A stretch of DNA of 64,000 nucleotides from Verrucomicrobiota bacterium (GTDB lineage: Bacteria > Verrucomicrobiota > Verrucomicrobiia > Opitutales > Seribacteraceae), in assembly GCA_027622665.1 (NCBI GenBank), contig JAQBYT010000002.1:160001-224000 (forward strand), in the 5' to 3' direction. Shown here piece by piece: positions 1 to 10,610 of this stretch. Both the position numbers and the translations under genes were made by a program. The number at the start of each line of letters is the position of its first letter. Position 1 is the stretch's first letter. Under the pieces are notes generated by a model that did not search any database, had not been told where the DNA came from, and saw nothing but the letters and a program-made list of their open reading frames with translations.

Positions 1-1
1 G

Positions 2-1063
2 CACAAGAACGACGTCACCATGGTCACCGGTTTGGATCGTACTTTTAAGAACGGCCAGGACGTTCATGCCCAAGGAGCATCTTGCTACCTCACGAGCGTT
101 TCTCCTGAGCAAGCGTCGGTGAAGGGCATGAGGCATCCTAATGGGCGAAGCTTGGACCAGGTGATTGGGGACAAGGTTGGTCACACTTCCGCCTTCAATA
201 CCCTTGAGATCGGTTGCAATGGCTTCACTGCGGGGAAGGAAGATATTTTCTTCGACAACATTTCGTGGTATGGGCCGGGAAAAATCGCACCTTCAATAAG
301 GAATCCCCGAAAACTTTACGATCGTTTGTTCATGGCCGATTCATACCGCAACCACGTACAAGACGTCACCGACTTGATCTTAGCTGACACGAAGAGCCTG
401 TCCCGTAAGCTGGGTAATGAGGATCGGGATACCTTGGATGGGTTTGTTACCATGATACGTGACATCGAGTTGCGTATCGATAAGTTGGAAAAGATTATCA
501 AGGGGACGAATCTCGACCAGCCCAAGAACGAAATTTTGCCCAGAGGCGAATACATTAGGCTTCAGGCTGACCTTATGCTGACTGCCATGCAAATGGGCAT
601 CACCAACGTCAGCACATTCATGATCGGTCCCGAACGGTGGGATGCCTCTCTTATGTACGAGGGAGTCTTTCCTAACCCCGTGCAGCATCACAGCATGACC
701 CACAACCAGAAGAAGGAGGAAGTGGCCAAGGAATTGCAGAAAATCGACATCTTCCACTTGGAGCAGTTCGCCTACGTCATTTCCCGCATGAAGGAGATGA
801 AGGAGCCCGACGGCACGACTCTGTTCGACAATTCACTTGTTACTTATGGCGCCGGATTGGGAGATGGAGCCACCCACCAGTTTTTCGATCTGCCAATGAT
901 CGTGGCGGGGAAGGGGCAGGGACAAATCAAACAAGGCCGCTTGATCAAGTGCAAGAGCGGCACGCTGAACTCCAACCTTTGGCTTACTCTGGCCAACCTG
1001 ATGGGGTTGGAGATCGACAGTTTTTCCGACAGCACGGGCGTCATTTCGGACCTTTGGACCTGA
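2..1063 (+). CDS. DUF1552 (HXXSHH) family protein, 5'-truncated by the window edge
   Basis: Frame is open from base 2 (HKNDVTMVTGLD). Motifs RSLDQVI, NISW, HHSMTH, EPDGTTLFDNSLVTYGAGLGDG, LPMIVAG and NLWLTLANLMG..FSDSTG. Confidence 0.9.
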   Translation, partial: HKNDVTMVTGLDRTFKNGQDVHAQGASCYLTSVSPEQASVKGMRHPNGRSLDQVIGDKVGHTSAFNTLEIGCNGFTAGKEDIFFDNISWYGPGKIAPSIRNPRKLYDRLFMADSYRNHVQDVTDLILADTKSLSRKLGNEDRDTLDGFVTMIRDIELRIDKLEKIIKGTNLDQPKNEILPRGEYIRLQADLMLTAMQMGITNVSTFMIGPERWDASLMYEGVFPNPVQHHSMTHNQKKEEVAKELQKIDIFHLEQFAYVISRMKEMKEPDGTTLFDNSLVTYGAGLGDGATHQFFDLPMIVAGKGQGQIKQGRLIKCKSGTLNSNLWLTLANLMGLEIDSFSDSTGVISDLWT

Positions 1064-1067
1064 GCAA

Positions 1068-2432
1068 ATGTTCTCGCCAACATCATCTAGAAGGAAATTC
1101 CTCCTTGGCAACGGGGCTTTTTTGACCCTGCCGTTTTTCCCTTCGCTTGCGAAAACGACTAAAACCCCAAGACCTGCAAAGAAATTCGTTTTAATGTATT
1201 TGCCCAACGGTCTTGTCCGGCGTTGCTTCATTCCCGGCGAGGCGGAACGCACCTCGCCTGGATTCAAAACCGTCAAGGGATCCGAGAAATTTCGAGATAA
1301 TAGTGATTCCGCTCCTCCCGGCGTTTACCCCTTGCCATTGACCCCGACGATGAAGCCCTTATCGAGCCATCTCGAAAACATCACCCTGATAACAGGGCTG
1401 GATCGGCCCTATAAGTCGGGTGGCGATGCTCACGAGCAAGGTGCTTCCTGTTATTTGAGCAGTGTTTCGCCCGAGGAGGCTTCGGAGAAAAAACTACGCT
1501 TTCTGCAAGGGCGCACTTTGGATCACGTAATCGGCGAAAAGCTCGGCCGTTGAACTCCTTTAAAAACCATGAAGGTCAGTTGCAACGGATTCACCCAGGG
1601 CAAGGAGTCGATGAGGTTCGACAACATTTCCTGGTATGGCGTTGATCAGTTTGCTCCATCGATCAAGGATCCTCAGGCTCTATACGACCGCTTGTTCCTG
1701 TCGGATGACGAGAGGTACAACGATCACCTGAACGAGGTTACCAGCTTGGTCATGGCCGATGCGAAGTCCCTTTCCATGAAACTGGGACGCAACGACAAGG
1801 ATACTCTCGATGCATTCATGACCATGGTCCGGGATATTGAAATCAGGATGTCACGCCTTCGAAAACTTGTTGCAGAGGCAGGAATTGTTCGGCCGACCGA
1901 CGAGGTGCTTCCCCGGGGGGAATACATCAAGTTGCAATGCGACCTTATGATCGCTGCCTTGCAAATGGGAATTACCAACGTGACCACGATGATGATCGGG
2001 CCGGAAAGATGGAATGCCTCCATGCTCTACGAAGGAGTTTTCGACAAACCGGTGGTCCATCATCCCATGTCACACAGTCAAAAAGGGGAGGGCTATGCGA
2101 AACTTCAGAAGATCGATCTTTTTCACATGGAAAAATACGCTTACGTGCTCTCGAGAATGAAGGGTGTGAAGGAGGCGGATGGAACCTCCTTGCTCGATAA
2201 TTCGATTGTTGCTTGCGGAGTTGGTCTAGGTGATGGAGCCATTCACCAATATTTTGATTTGCCTCTTATGCTGGCAGGCAAGGCTCAAGGCACCCTGAAA
2301 CACGGACGCCACCTGCAATGCAAGAATGGTACCCCGATCAGCAATGCATGGTTAACTATTGCTCGGGAATTGGGCGTTGAATTAGATCGATTCTCAAATA
2401 GTACAGGAACGATCTCAGGCCTAATGTCTTAA
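1068..2432 (+). pseudogene. DUF1552 family protein with an in-frame TGA at 1551-1553
   Basis: ORFs 1068-1553 and 1569-2432 share a frame. KLGR*TPLKTMKVSCNG aligns without gaps to KVGHTSAFNTLEIGCNG of the upstream paralog. Tat-like SRRKFL leader. Confidence 0.85.
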
Positions 2433-2478
2433 ATTCGAATTGAAACTTATCACACTTTGCGAATTTGGATAAATCTTT

Positions 2479-5433
2479 ATGTTTGAAATCAATATCAAGA
2501 GACGCGGAAGTCTTCTTTCATTTGCCTTTCTTTTGAGTGCAAGCAGTGCTATCGCGGCGCCAGATGAATTTAGCTCTTATCTTAAGCCCCTCTTTCAGCA
2601 AAACTGCGTAAAATGTCATGGGGGTGAGAAGACCAAGGGTAAGGTAAACCTAAAGGGACTCGAAGCGAAAGTTGATTTGCTTGGCAAGCCCGAGTTGATC
2701 AAGGAATTGATCGAGGTGATAGACTTCGCCGACATGCCCCCCGAGGACGAGGAACAGCTTTCGGACGAGGAACGCCGACGGACTGTCGGGATACTCAAGG
2801 ACCTTATGCGTCTGGCCGTTGAGTCTGACCAGGCAGAGACACCAAGGATAAGTCGCCTGAACCGTTTTCAATACAACAATTCGATCAAAGATCTCTTTCG
2901 CCTCAATAAGGATGTGTTCGAGCTTCCCGAAAAGATAATGACTCGTCATCAGAACTATCTTTTCGGCAAAAATGAAAAAATGCCGGATCAGGTGCGGGTG
3001 GCGTGTCGTTCCCTCAAGCCATTCAAGGGTTTCCAGGAGGTTCGCTCTTTTCCCAAGGACTTGCGGGCTGCCCATGGTTTCGACAACCAGTCCGACCAGT
3101 TGACGCTTTCACCTCTTCTTCTGGACTCTTTTCTGAAGCTGAGCGTTTCCATTTTGGAAAGCCCGGATTTTAACGAAAAAACGGTTGGCGTTTGGAAGGA
3201 ATTCTTTGCCGAACCCGAGAATCCCGATGGCAAGGAGGAAGAAATTCGAGTCCGCCTCAAACCCTTCCTTCGCTTGGTCTTTCGTTCCGCTGTGGAAGAG
3301 GAGGTAGTTGATCGTTACGTTGCGTATGCCCATGCAAAGTTGAAGACCGAGGCATCATTCACTAAGGCGATGAAGAAGGTGGCTTCCGCGATCCTGTCCT
3401 CTCCGATGTTTTTATTCCGTCATGAAAGCACGAGGGAGGATGATCCTTTTCGGGTTGCCTCTCAATTGTCCTTCTTCCTTTGGGGAAGTTGTCCGGACAA
3501 GGAATTATTGCAAGCAGCAGAGGAAGGACAGCTAGTGGACAAGGAAGTCTTCCAGGCTACTTTTGAAAGGATGATGGCCGATCCGAAGATCGAGAGATTT
3601 CTCGATAGTTTCCCCTCCCAGTGGATGCAGTTGGAAAACGTATTGGCAGCCACTCCGGATCCTAAGCTGAATAAGTATTTTTCAATCGACAAGGATTACC
3701 CTGCCAGCTTGACCATGGTCTTGGAACCCCTCCTCTTGTTTGATGCCGTCTTCCTCGAGAACCGACCAATCGTTGAACTGATATCTCCATCCTTCGCCTA
3801 CCGAAATGAATTCCTCGAGACTTGGTACGGAGGGGAGCTTAAGCCGGGAGACGAAGACTTGAAAATGGCGATCGTGGACAACGAGAACAAGAAAAAGAAG
3901 ATCATCGAGCTCGGGCAGGAGGTAGAAAACAGAGAAGAGGAACTGGCTGCCTTGGTCGATCCGATCCGTAAAAGGATTTTGTCCGAACGGGCAGTGGAGA
4001 ATGCCATACTTGAACCGGTTGATCTCAGACCGGTCGCGGCCTGGGAATTCGATGGGGACTTGAAGAGCTCGGTCGGTTCCTTCCCCCTCAAAAAGTCTGG
4101 GAAGGTGGATTTCAAGGATGGTATGGCCGTGATCGGTCCGAATTCCTACCTCCAAAGCCAGAATTTACCCTTTGAGCTGAGGGCCAAGAGCCTCGAGGTT
4201 TGGTTCCTGCTTGAAAAACTCGATCAAAAGGGAGGAGGGGTCATGGGCATTCAGGGCGCGGGTGATTTTTTCGATACCATCGTACTCGGTGAAAGAATGG
4301 ACAGGCATTGGATTTCCGGGAGCAACGGGTTCAGCCGGACCAATGACTTTGCCGGTTCCAAGCCCGAAGATTTGATCAACCGGATGATTCACCTTATCAT
4401 GACCTACCAGCCCAACGGCATGATCTCGCTTTACAGGAACGGGGAGGCTTACGGCAAGCCCTACCAGAAGCCGCTCGCCACCTTCCCCAAGGGGAAAACC
4501 TCCGTCATCTTCGGTCTGCGCCACACGCCCAAGGGAGGGAACAAGCACCTTGCAGTTACTATAGACAAAGCCAGACTCTATGATCGGGCCCTGAACGAGA
4601 AAGAGCTTGAGGAAGCGGCCCGCGGCAACCAGCTCTTCGTTAGCAATAAGGAATTGCTGGCTGCTCTCTCCCCGGAACAGAGAAAGGCCAAGGCGCAACT
4701 GGATAAGGAGCTCAAGAATACAATGAACGCGTTGAAGAAAGCCCCCAAGCCTGTCGATGCAAACAAGCTCAAGGAGGAGGCCCAAAAGCGTTTTGATAAT
4801 GACATCGGAAACAAGATGCGCTCCCCAGTTTTTGAGAGAATGCCCACCACCGATCCTAGGTACGGTGGTATCATCACCAACGCGGCGATGCTGAGCATGA
4901 CTTCCGGTCCCAAGCGAACCCACCCCATCGCCCGCGGCGCCTGGATCATCGAGGTTATCCTCAACGATCCACCCCCTCCTCCCCCAAATGACGTTCCGCC
5001 CCTCAAGGACGATGGAAACTCGAAAAATATGACCATACGCGAACAGTTTGCCTTGCACCGCGAAAATCCTGATTGCGCCGGTTGTCATTCCAAGCTCGAC
5101 CCCCTTGGTTTTGCCATGGAGAATTTTGACCTTACCGGCCGGTGGCGGGACAAGTATCGCAATGGTCGCGAGGTTGATTCAAGCGGCAAACTCATGAGGA
5201 AGCATGCCTACGGCGGAGTCGTTGATTTCAAGAATTCCTTGGTCAATGAAGAGGATCGTTATGCCAAGGCTTTCGTCGCCCACCTTCTCAGGTTTGCCAC
5301 CTCCAGAGAACTCGGGCCGGCCGATAGCCTTGAGATTGACCGAATCGTTGGAAAGGCAAAGCCGGAGAACTATCGCTTGAAGACTCTCATCCGAGAAGTC
5401 GTTATGAGTGATCTTTTTTCCAACGCCAAGTGA
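2479..5433 (+). CDS. DUF1587/1592/1595/1588/1585 protein with N-terminal planctomycete cytochrome c domain and inserted LamG-like domain
   Basis: Signal peptide, CVKCH, RLNRFQYNNSI, ASQLSFFLW..PD, HPIARGAWI, CAGCH..LDPLGFAMENFD..GRWR. LamG-like AAWEFDG...IDKARLYDRAL flanked by coiled coils. Confidence 0.9.
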   Translation: MFEINIKRRGSLLSFAFLLSASSAIAAPDEFSSYLKPLFQQNCVKCHGGEKTKGKVNLKGLEAKVDLLGKPELIKELIEVIDFADMPPEDEEQLSDEERRRTVGILKDLMRLAVESDQAETPRISRLNRFQYNNSIKDLFRLNKDVFELPEKIMTRHQNYLFGKNEKMPDQVRVACRSLKPFKGFQEVRSFPKDLRAAHGFDNQSDQLTLSPLLLDSFLKLSVSILESPDFNEKTVGVWKEFFAEPENPDGKEEEIRVRLKPFLRLVFRSAVEEEVVDRYVAYAHAKLKTEASFTKAMKKVASAILSSPMFLFRHESTREDDPFRVASQLSFFLWGSCPDKELLQAAEEGQLVDKEVFQATFERMMADPKIERFLDSFPSQWMQLENVLAATPDPKLNKYFSIDKDYPASLTMVLEPLLLFDAVFLENRPIVELISPSFAYRNEFLETWYGGELKPGDEDLKMAIVDNENKKKKIIELGQEVENREEELAALVDPIRKRILSERAVENAILEPVDLRPVAAWEFDGDLKSSVGSFPLKKSGKVDFKDGMAVIGPNSYLQSQNLPFELRAKSLEVWFLLEKLDQKGGGVMGIQGAGDFFDTIVLGERMDRHWISGSNGFSRTNDFAGSKPEDLINRMIHLIMTYQPNGMISLYRNGEAYGKPYQKPLATFPKGKTSVIFGLRHTPKGGNKHLAVTIDKARLYDRALNEKELEEAARGNQLFVSNKELLAALSPEQRKAKAQLDKELKNTMNALKKAPKPVDANKLKEEAQKRFDNDIGNKMRSPVFERMPTTDPRYGGIITNAAMLSMTSGPKRTHPIARGAWIIEVILNDPPPPPPNDVPPLKDDGNSKNMTIREQFALHRENPDCAGCHSKLDPLGFAMENFDLTGRWRDKYRNGREVDSSGKLMRKHAYGGVVDFKNSLVNEEDRYAKAFVAHLLRFATSRELGPADSLEIDRIVGKAKPENYRLKTLIREVVMSDLFSNAK

Positions 5434-5488
5434 CCCGGCATATCTTTCCCCGTTTACCTTCTTTAGCTCTCTCTGCATTATTCGACCT

Positions 5489-7057
5489 ATGAATTCCCGA
5501 TTATCGATATTCTTCCTTGGATTCGCTCTTTGCTCCACGGTAATTGCCTCATTCCCGCCCAATATCGTGTTGATTTTGGCGGATGATATGGGGCCAGGCG
5601 AACCAAGTCACGCGGGCGGTATCATACCGACGCCCACCTTGGATCGTATGGCCAAGGAAGGCATGCGGTTCTCCGATGCCCACACCACTTCCTCGGTTTG
5701 CACGCCGACGCGCTACGGCATCCTGACTGGACGATACAATTGGCGCAGCAGGCTCAAGAGAAGTGTGCTTTTCAATCCTACCGACAAGGCGTTGATGGAC
5801 CCTGAGCGCCTCAACCTTCCCAACTTCCTGCAAAAGGCGGGTTACCACACCGCCTGTATCGGAAAATGGCACCTCGGGGCGGACTTCGAGCGGGCCCCGA
5901 AAAACGCGAATGCGGACAAAAGTAAGCGCGGTGTTTCCTGGCAGGTCGACTATACGAAGCCTTTCAGGAATGGTCCCGTGGACGTCGGGTTCGACGAAGC
6001 CTTTTTTATTCTCTCGTCCCTCGATATGGCACCTTACGTTTACCTTAAGAACGACCGCGCTATGGTGATTCCCACGGTGAACAAGGGATTTCCGCACAAC
6101 GAGTACAACAAGTACCAGCGCATAGGGGCCGCCGCCAAGTTCTTCGAGGCCAGTCACTGCTTGTCAGACTGGGCATCCGAGTCTCGCGACTACCTCAAGC
6201 GGCGAGCCAAGGACAAAAAGAAGAAACCTTTCTTCCTCTACCTTCCCTTGACCTCTCCGCACACCCCGATTACCCCCGGTGAAAAGTTCAAGGGCAAATA
6301 TCCGCAGTACAGTTGGTACGCGGACTTCATGGCCGAGACTGACTGGGTCGTCGGGCAAGTGCTGGAGCAACTCGATGAATCGGGCTTCGACGACAACACC
6401 CTCGTGATCTTTACCTCGGACAACGGTTTCGCCCCCTACGTCAAGATTCCCAAGATGATCGAGGCCGGCTATCGTCCGTCAGGGAGTTGGCGCGGCGCCA
6501 AGGCGACTATTTACGAAGGTGGGCATCGCGTGCCTTTTCTTGTCCGTTGGCCGGGAAAGGTGAAAGCCGGGGCAGTCAACCCGACGACCATTTGCACGAC
6601 GGATTTCTTCGCCACCTTCGCCGACTTGCTTGGCAAGAAAGATGACGTTCCAGATAGCGCCGCGGAAGACTCGTTCTCTTTCTTGCCTTGCCTCAATGGA
6701 GCCAAGGAACCGATTCGCCCCTTCACCATCCACCATTCCATCTCTGGGGTCTTCGCCATCCGCAAGGGCGACTGGAAGTTGATTCTGAACAAAGGCGCCG
6801 GTGGAGGTTGGAGCGGATCCTGGGAGACTACCAAGACCACCGCCAAGCTCGTTCAATTGTACAACATGAATGACGATCCCGGAGAAACCAAGAACTTGGA
6901 GCTAGAGCACCCAGCGGTCGTTAAGGAACTGGTCGACGACCTCGCCAAGGCCTTCCGCGCCGGACGTACCACGCCCGGCGAAAAGCAAACAAATGAGGGC
7001 TGGCCCTATCGAGACGGCGCCACCCAGAAGGCATTTCCCCAGCTCAAGGAGAAATGA
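5489..7057 (+). CDS. Arylsulfatase (S1 formylglycine-dependent sulfatase)
   Basis: PNIVLILADD, CTPTRYGILTGRY, IGKWHLG, FTSDNG, YEGGHRVPF. ATG 5489 gives a signal peptide. Confidence 0.93.
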   Translation: MNSRLSIFFLGFALCSTVIASFPPNIVLILADDMGPGEPSHAGGIIPTPTLDRMAKEGMRFSDAHTTSSVCTPTRYGILTGRYNWRSRLKRSVLFNPTDKALMDPERLNLPNFLQKAGYHTACIGKWHLGADFERAPKNANADKSKRGVSWQVDYTKPFRNGPVDVGFDEAFFILSSLDMAPYVYLKNDRAMVIPTVNKGFPHNEYNKYQRIGAAAKFFEASHCLSDWASESRDYLKRRAKDKKKKPFFLYLPLTSPHTPITPGEKFKGKYPQYSWYADFMAETDWVVGQVLEQLDESGFDDNTLVIFTSDNGFAPYVKIPKMIEAGYRPSGSWRGAKATIYEGGHRVPFLVRWPGKVKAGAVNPTTICTTDFFATFADLLGKKDDVPDSAAEDSFSFLPCLNGAKEPIRPFTIHHSISGVFAIRKGDWKLILNKGAGGGWSGSWETTKTTAKLVQLYNMNDDPGETKNLELEHPAVVKELVDDLAKAFRAGRTTPGEKQTNEGWPYRDGATQKAFPQLKEK

Positions 7058-8976
7058 GGGCTTTATTGAACTTGTTGGCTTTCCTCTTGCCCATTGTTTT
7101 GTCCGCCGGAGTGTTTGAGAAAGAGGTGCTGCCAATCCTTCAGAGGTCCTGCATCAAGTGTCATGGCGGGGAGAAAACAAAGGGTAAGGTTGATTTTTCA
7201 AAGATTCTAACTGAGCGGGACGCAGGGTCTCATCTCGATTTATGGGAAACGGTCGTCGAAGTAGTTGAACTGAGGGAGATGCCTCCCGATGACGAGATGC
7301 CGCTCTCATCCGCTGAGCGCAAGAAAATCCGCAATTGGCGGGATGCATTCATCCAGTTGCCGACCGACCCCACGATAGCTGTCTTTCGTCCCCGAAGGTT
7401 ATCCGCCAACGAATATCGCAACACGCTCCGTTCTCTTTTCGGGTTTGACCTCGAGGTTGGGATTGCGAGGGCCGAGCAAACGGAATCCGGGGAGAAATCA
7501 TTGGTTCTCAAGATTCTACCTCCCGATCCTCCAGGAAAAAGCGGTTACTTCAACGACACTCATTCCGCCCCCATTTCAACTTCTCTTCTTGAGAACTACG
7601 CTTACTTGGCGGGGGTTTCTCTTGATCGGCTTTTTTCAAAGAAGGGGAAGGATTCACTAGCCGGGATGATTCGTCAAAGCGAAGACTGGAATGGAGAGAT
7701 CTCCCCTCACTTGGCCGAGGAAATCATTCGATCTTTTCTTCCCCGGATCTTTCGTCGGTCAGTTGCAGAGGAAAGAATCAATGCGGTTCTTGGCAAACTC
7801 AAGGGCAAGGAAAGAAAAGCTCTTGTTACGGCTCTGAAGTTCGAGCTCAAGTCGGCCTTGATCTCTCCGGAATTTCTATACCGTGGATTTCTCGCCAATC
7901 CACAGGATAAAGCAGAGCGGCAGCCGGTTGATGCTTTCGAGCTGGCCGAGCGACTGTCCTATTTTCTCTGGGAAGATATGCCCGACGAGGAACTGTTCGA
8001 GTCAGCAGTTGATGGGTCTTTGCTAAAAAAAGGCGAACTCGGTCGACACGTTGACAGGATGTTGGCCGATCCGCGTGCTCGCAACCTATCTGGGAGTTTT
8101 GGCGTCCAGTTGCTGGGTTTGTCGTCCATTGACGACCAGATCAAGAACAACCCCATTCATTTGCATGCCTTGCGTACCCAGCCCCGAGATTTTCTTCATT
8201 ACCTTTTTACCGAGGATCGACCGGTAATGGAGTTGCTCGATTCCAACGTCACCTTTGTTAACCAAAGCACCTCTGGTTTTTATGGGAAGGATCGCCATCG
8301 TCTGGCCCCCTTTCACAAACCCAGGGGAATCGAGAGGCAGCGCACCATGAATCAGCGCTTGGAGATCAAGGATGCGGAAGGGCGGGGGGGGATTCTTACC
8401 ATGCCGAGCATTCTTTCCATGAACCATGGACCGATCCTCAGGGGAACTTGGGTCCTTCGCCATATTCTCGGCGTAAGACTTGGAGAACCGCCCGCGGACG
8501 TTCCTCCGATCAAACCTCCCCCCCGGGGCAAGAAAATGACCTTCAGGGAAAGGTTCGAGGCTCACCGTGAAAACTCGACCTGCGCGAGGTGTCATGATAA
8601 AATCGACCCGATCGGCTTCGCCTTGGACGGCTACGACGATAACGGCAGGAATCTCTTGGCATCCTACAACAATCGGGGAAACCTACCCCCCATCGATACC
8701 TCCGGAAAATTGCCTAGTGGTGAGGAATTCAAGGATTACCAAGGACTGAAACGAATCCTGCTGACCAAGAAACGCAAACAGGTAATCCGCAACTTGACTG
8801 GGCAACTTCTTTCCTATGCCCTTTGCCGGAAGCTCGGGATAGGAGACCAACCGGTTGTTGAGGAGATTGCGGGGAAGGCAACCTTGGAAAACTCAACTTG
8901 GAAGGAACTCCTTATCGAGGTTGTAAACAGTTCGCCTTTTCGTGAGACTGTATTCAGACAATTGGAAACAAAATGA
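7054..8976 (+). CDS. DUF1592/DUF1588 family protein with N-terminal cytochrome c domain
   Basis: CIKCH, RRLSANEYRNTLR, ELAERLSYFLWEDMPD, PILRGTWV, CARCH.KIDPIGFALD. ATGA overlaps with both neighbours. Confidence 0.9.
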   Translation: MRALLNLLAFLLPIVLSAGVFEKEVLPILQRSCIKCHGGEKTKGKVDFSKILTERDAGSHLDLWETVVEVVELREMPPDDEMPLSSAERKKIRNWRDAFIQLPTDPTIAVFRPRRLSANEYRNTLRSLFGFDLEVGIARAEQTESGEKSLVLKILPPDPPGKSGYFNDTHSAPISTSLLENYAYLAGVSLDRLFSKKGKDSLAGMIRQSEDWNGEISPHLAEEIIRSFLPRIFRRSVAEERINAVLGKLKGKERKALVTALKFELKSALISPEFLYRGFLANPQDKAERQPVDAFELAERLSYFLWEDMPDEELFESAVDGSLLKKGELGRHVDRMLADPRARNLSGSFGVQLLGLSSIDDQIKNNPIHLHALRTQPRDFLHYLFTEDRPVMELLDSNVTFVNQSTSGFYGKDRHRLAPFHKPRGIERQRTMNQRLEIKDAEGRGGILTMPSILSMNHGPILRGTWVLRHILGVRLGEPPADVPPIKPPPRGKKMTFRERFEAHRENSTCARCHDKIDPIGFALDGYDDNGRNLLASYNNRGNLPPIDTSGKLPSGEEFKDYQGLKRILLTKKRKQVIRNLTGQLLSYALCRKLGIGDQPVVEEIAGKATLENSTWKELLIEVVNSSPFRETVFRQLETK

Positions 8977-10577
8977 GCCGTAACTGGAAAATTGAACGCA
9001 GGACCTTTCTCAGAGGAGCAGGGGCTCTACTTCCTTTGCCATTCTTGAACCTGATGGAAGCCAATGCCCGATCGGGCGACCGGCATTCATCGGATCCGCC
9101 CACGCGGTTCATGACCCTGTTTAAGCCCAATGGCGTTCATCCGCCCTCCTGGAATATAAACGGCGGGAAGGAGAACGATTTCCGGATGTCCCCGCTCATG
9201 CAACCCTTTGCCAAGCACAAGGAGGACGTTCTCATTTTGGATAACATGGGAGACTTCGGTTTTTCCTCCCACAGCAATTCCACCCGTCGCTTCCTTTGCG
9301 GGCATCACCAGAATTCCCGTTCCGCCTCCGTCGATCAGCTTATTGCCGAGCATTTGCAGGGCGATTCCCCACACCGCTCGCTCGAGTTGACCACTGAAGG
9401 TCTGTTCGTCAACCAGATTGGTTGCAGTTATATCTCCTACGACAAGAAAGGTGGCATGATGCCACGGGATAGCGATCCCCAGCTCATTTTCGACAAGCTG
9501 TTCAGGAATCCTCTTAGTGATCCGGGTAAGAGAGCCGAGATGACTAGCCTTCTGGACCGGGTCGAGGCGGATGCCAAGGCCTTGAAAAAAACGGCCGGGG
9601 TAGAGGATGGCGACACCTTGGACCAATATTTTACCGCCGTGCGTGAGACTGAGATCCGTCTCAAGAAGATGGGACCGCTAGACCAGGGACTCGAGTCCTC
9701 AAAATTTGCCCGATTGGCTCGTCCCCTTGCCCCCTCCAACATGGATGAACAGGTGAACGCCATGCTGGACGTCATCGCCATGGCCCTCTGGACGGACTCC
9801 ACGCGATGCATCTCCTATATGCTGGGGAATAGCAATAGCCGTATGATCTTCGATTTTCTGGGCATAAAGAAACAGCACCACTACTTGTCTCATTTTTTCC
9901 GTAACTTTAGTCGCGAGAACATCGACTCTCTCCTCAAGATCAGCCTCTGGCACATGGAGAAATTCGATTACCTTCTCAACAAGCTCAAGTCCTACAAGGA
10001 TCACAACGGTCGCCTACTGGACCATTGCGTGGTCCTGTATGGTTCCGGCATGGGGCACAGCGACAATCACACCGCCCAGCGCCTTCCCATCGTGCTTGCA
10101 GGTCAAGGTGGAGGGAAGATTAAGACTGGGCGCTACCTCAGGTACTCCAAGAATCAGGAATTAGGCAGGTTGCACTTGTCCCTGCTTGAGCTTTTCGGGG
10201 TCGAGCAAGACTCCTTCGCCAATGCCAAGCAAGCTTTGCCGGGCTTGGACGGTGGAACTTTTGACGAGTATGCCGAGCGTCCTTTCGAAAGCTGGGTCAA
10301 AGTCGATTCGGGAACCATGACGGTCCAGGGCAGGCTTCGCATGTCCGACAACTTGGACGAGGCCAAGGTTTTCTATATCGACGTAAAGGGGCGCCCGTCA
10401 GTTAAGATGGTCATCGGTTTTGGAGATTTTCATTCCCGCAACGTCGCCTATCACGTGGGCACCCCGATTAAGTTGACGGGCAAGTGCGTCGAGAAGGATG
10501 GAGAATTGATCGTGAATAGGATCACCGACATTGAATCTCTTTTTGGCAAAAGTGAGCCGGGTAAGGCTGACGGGTAG
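8973..10577 (+). CDS. DUF1552 family protein with ~105-aa C-terminal extension
   Basis: Tat-like ERRTFLRG, PNGV, SVDQLIA, HHYLSH, LLDHCVVLYGSGMG..HT...LPIVLAG. Extra beta-rich tail after LPGL. Confidence 0.9.
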   Translation: MSRNWKIERRTFLRGAGALLPLPFLNLMEANARSGDRHSSDPPTRFMTLFKPNGVHPPSWNINGGKENDFRMSPLMQPFAKHKEDVLILDNMGDFGFSSHSNSTRRFLCGHHQNSRSASVDQLIAEHLQGDSPHRSLELTTEGLFVNQIGCSYISYDKKGGMMPRDSDPQLIFDKLFRNPLSDPGKRAEMTSLLDRVEADAKALKKTAGVEDGDTLDQYFTAVRETEIRLKKMGPLDQGLESSKFARLARPLAPSNMDEQVNAMLDVIAMALWTDSTRCISYMLGNSNSRMIFDFLGIKKQHHYLSHFFRNFSRENIDSLLKISLWHMEKFDYLLNKLKSYKDHNGRLLDHCVVLYGSGMGHSDNHTAQRLPIVLAGQGGGKIKTGRYLRYSKNQELGRLHLSLLELFGVEQDSFANAKQALPGLDGGTFDEYAERPFESWVKVDSGTMTVQGRLRMSDNLDEAKVFYIDVKGRPSVKMVIGFGDFHSRNVAYHVGTPIKLTGKCVEKDGELIVNRITDIESLFGKSEPGKADG

Positions 10578-10610
10578 TCGATTTTCCAAGTGCAGCGAGT
10601 TCGAGTGAAC

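Noticed and set aside
1551..1600. Selenocysteine recoding of the in-frame TGA
   Set aside because: It aligns to Thr, not Cys, in the paralog, and no obvious SECIS-like hairpin follows.
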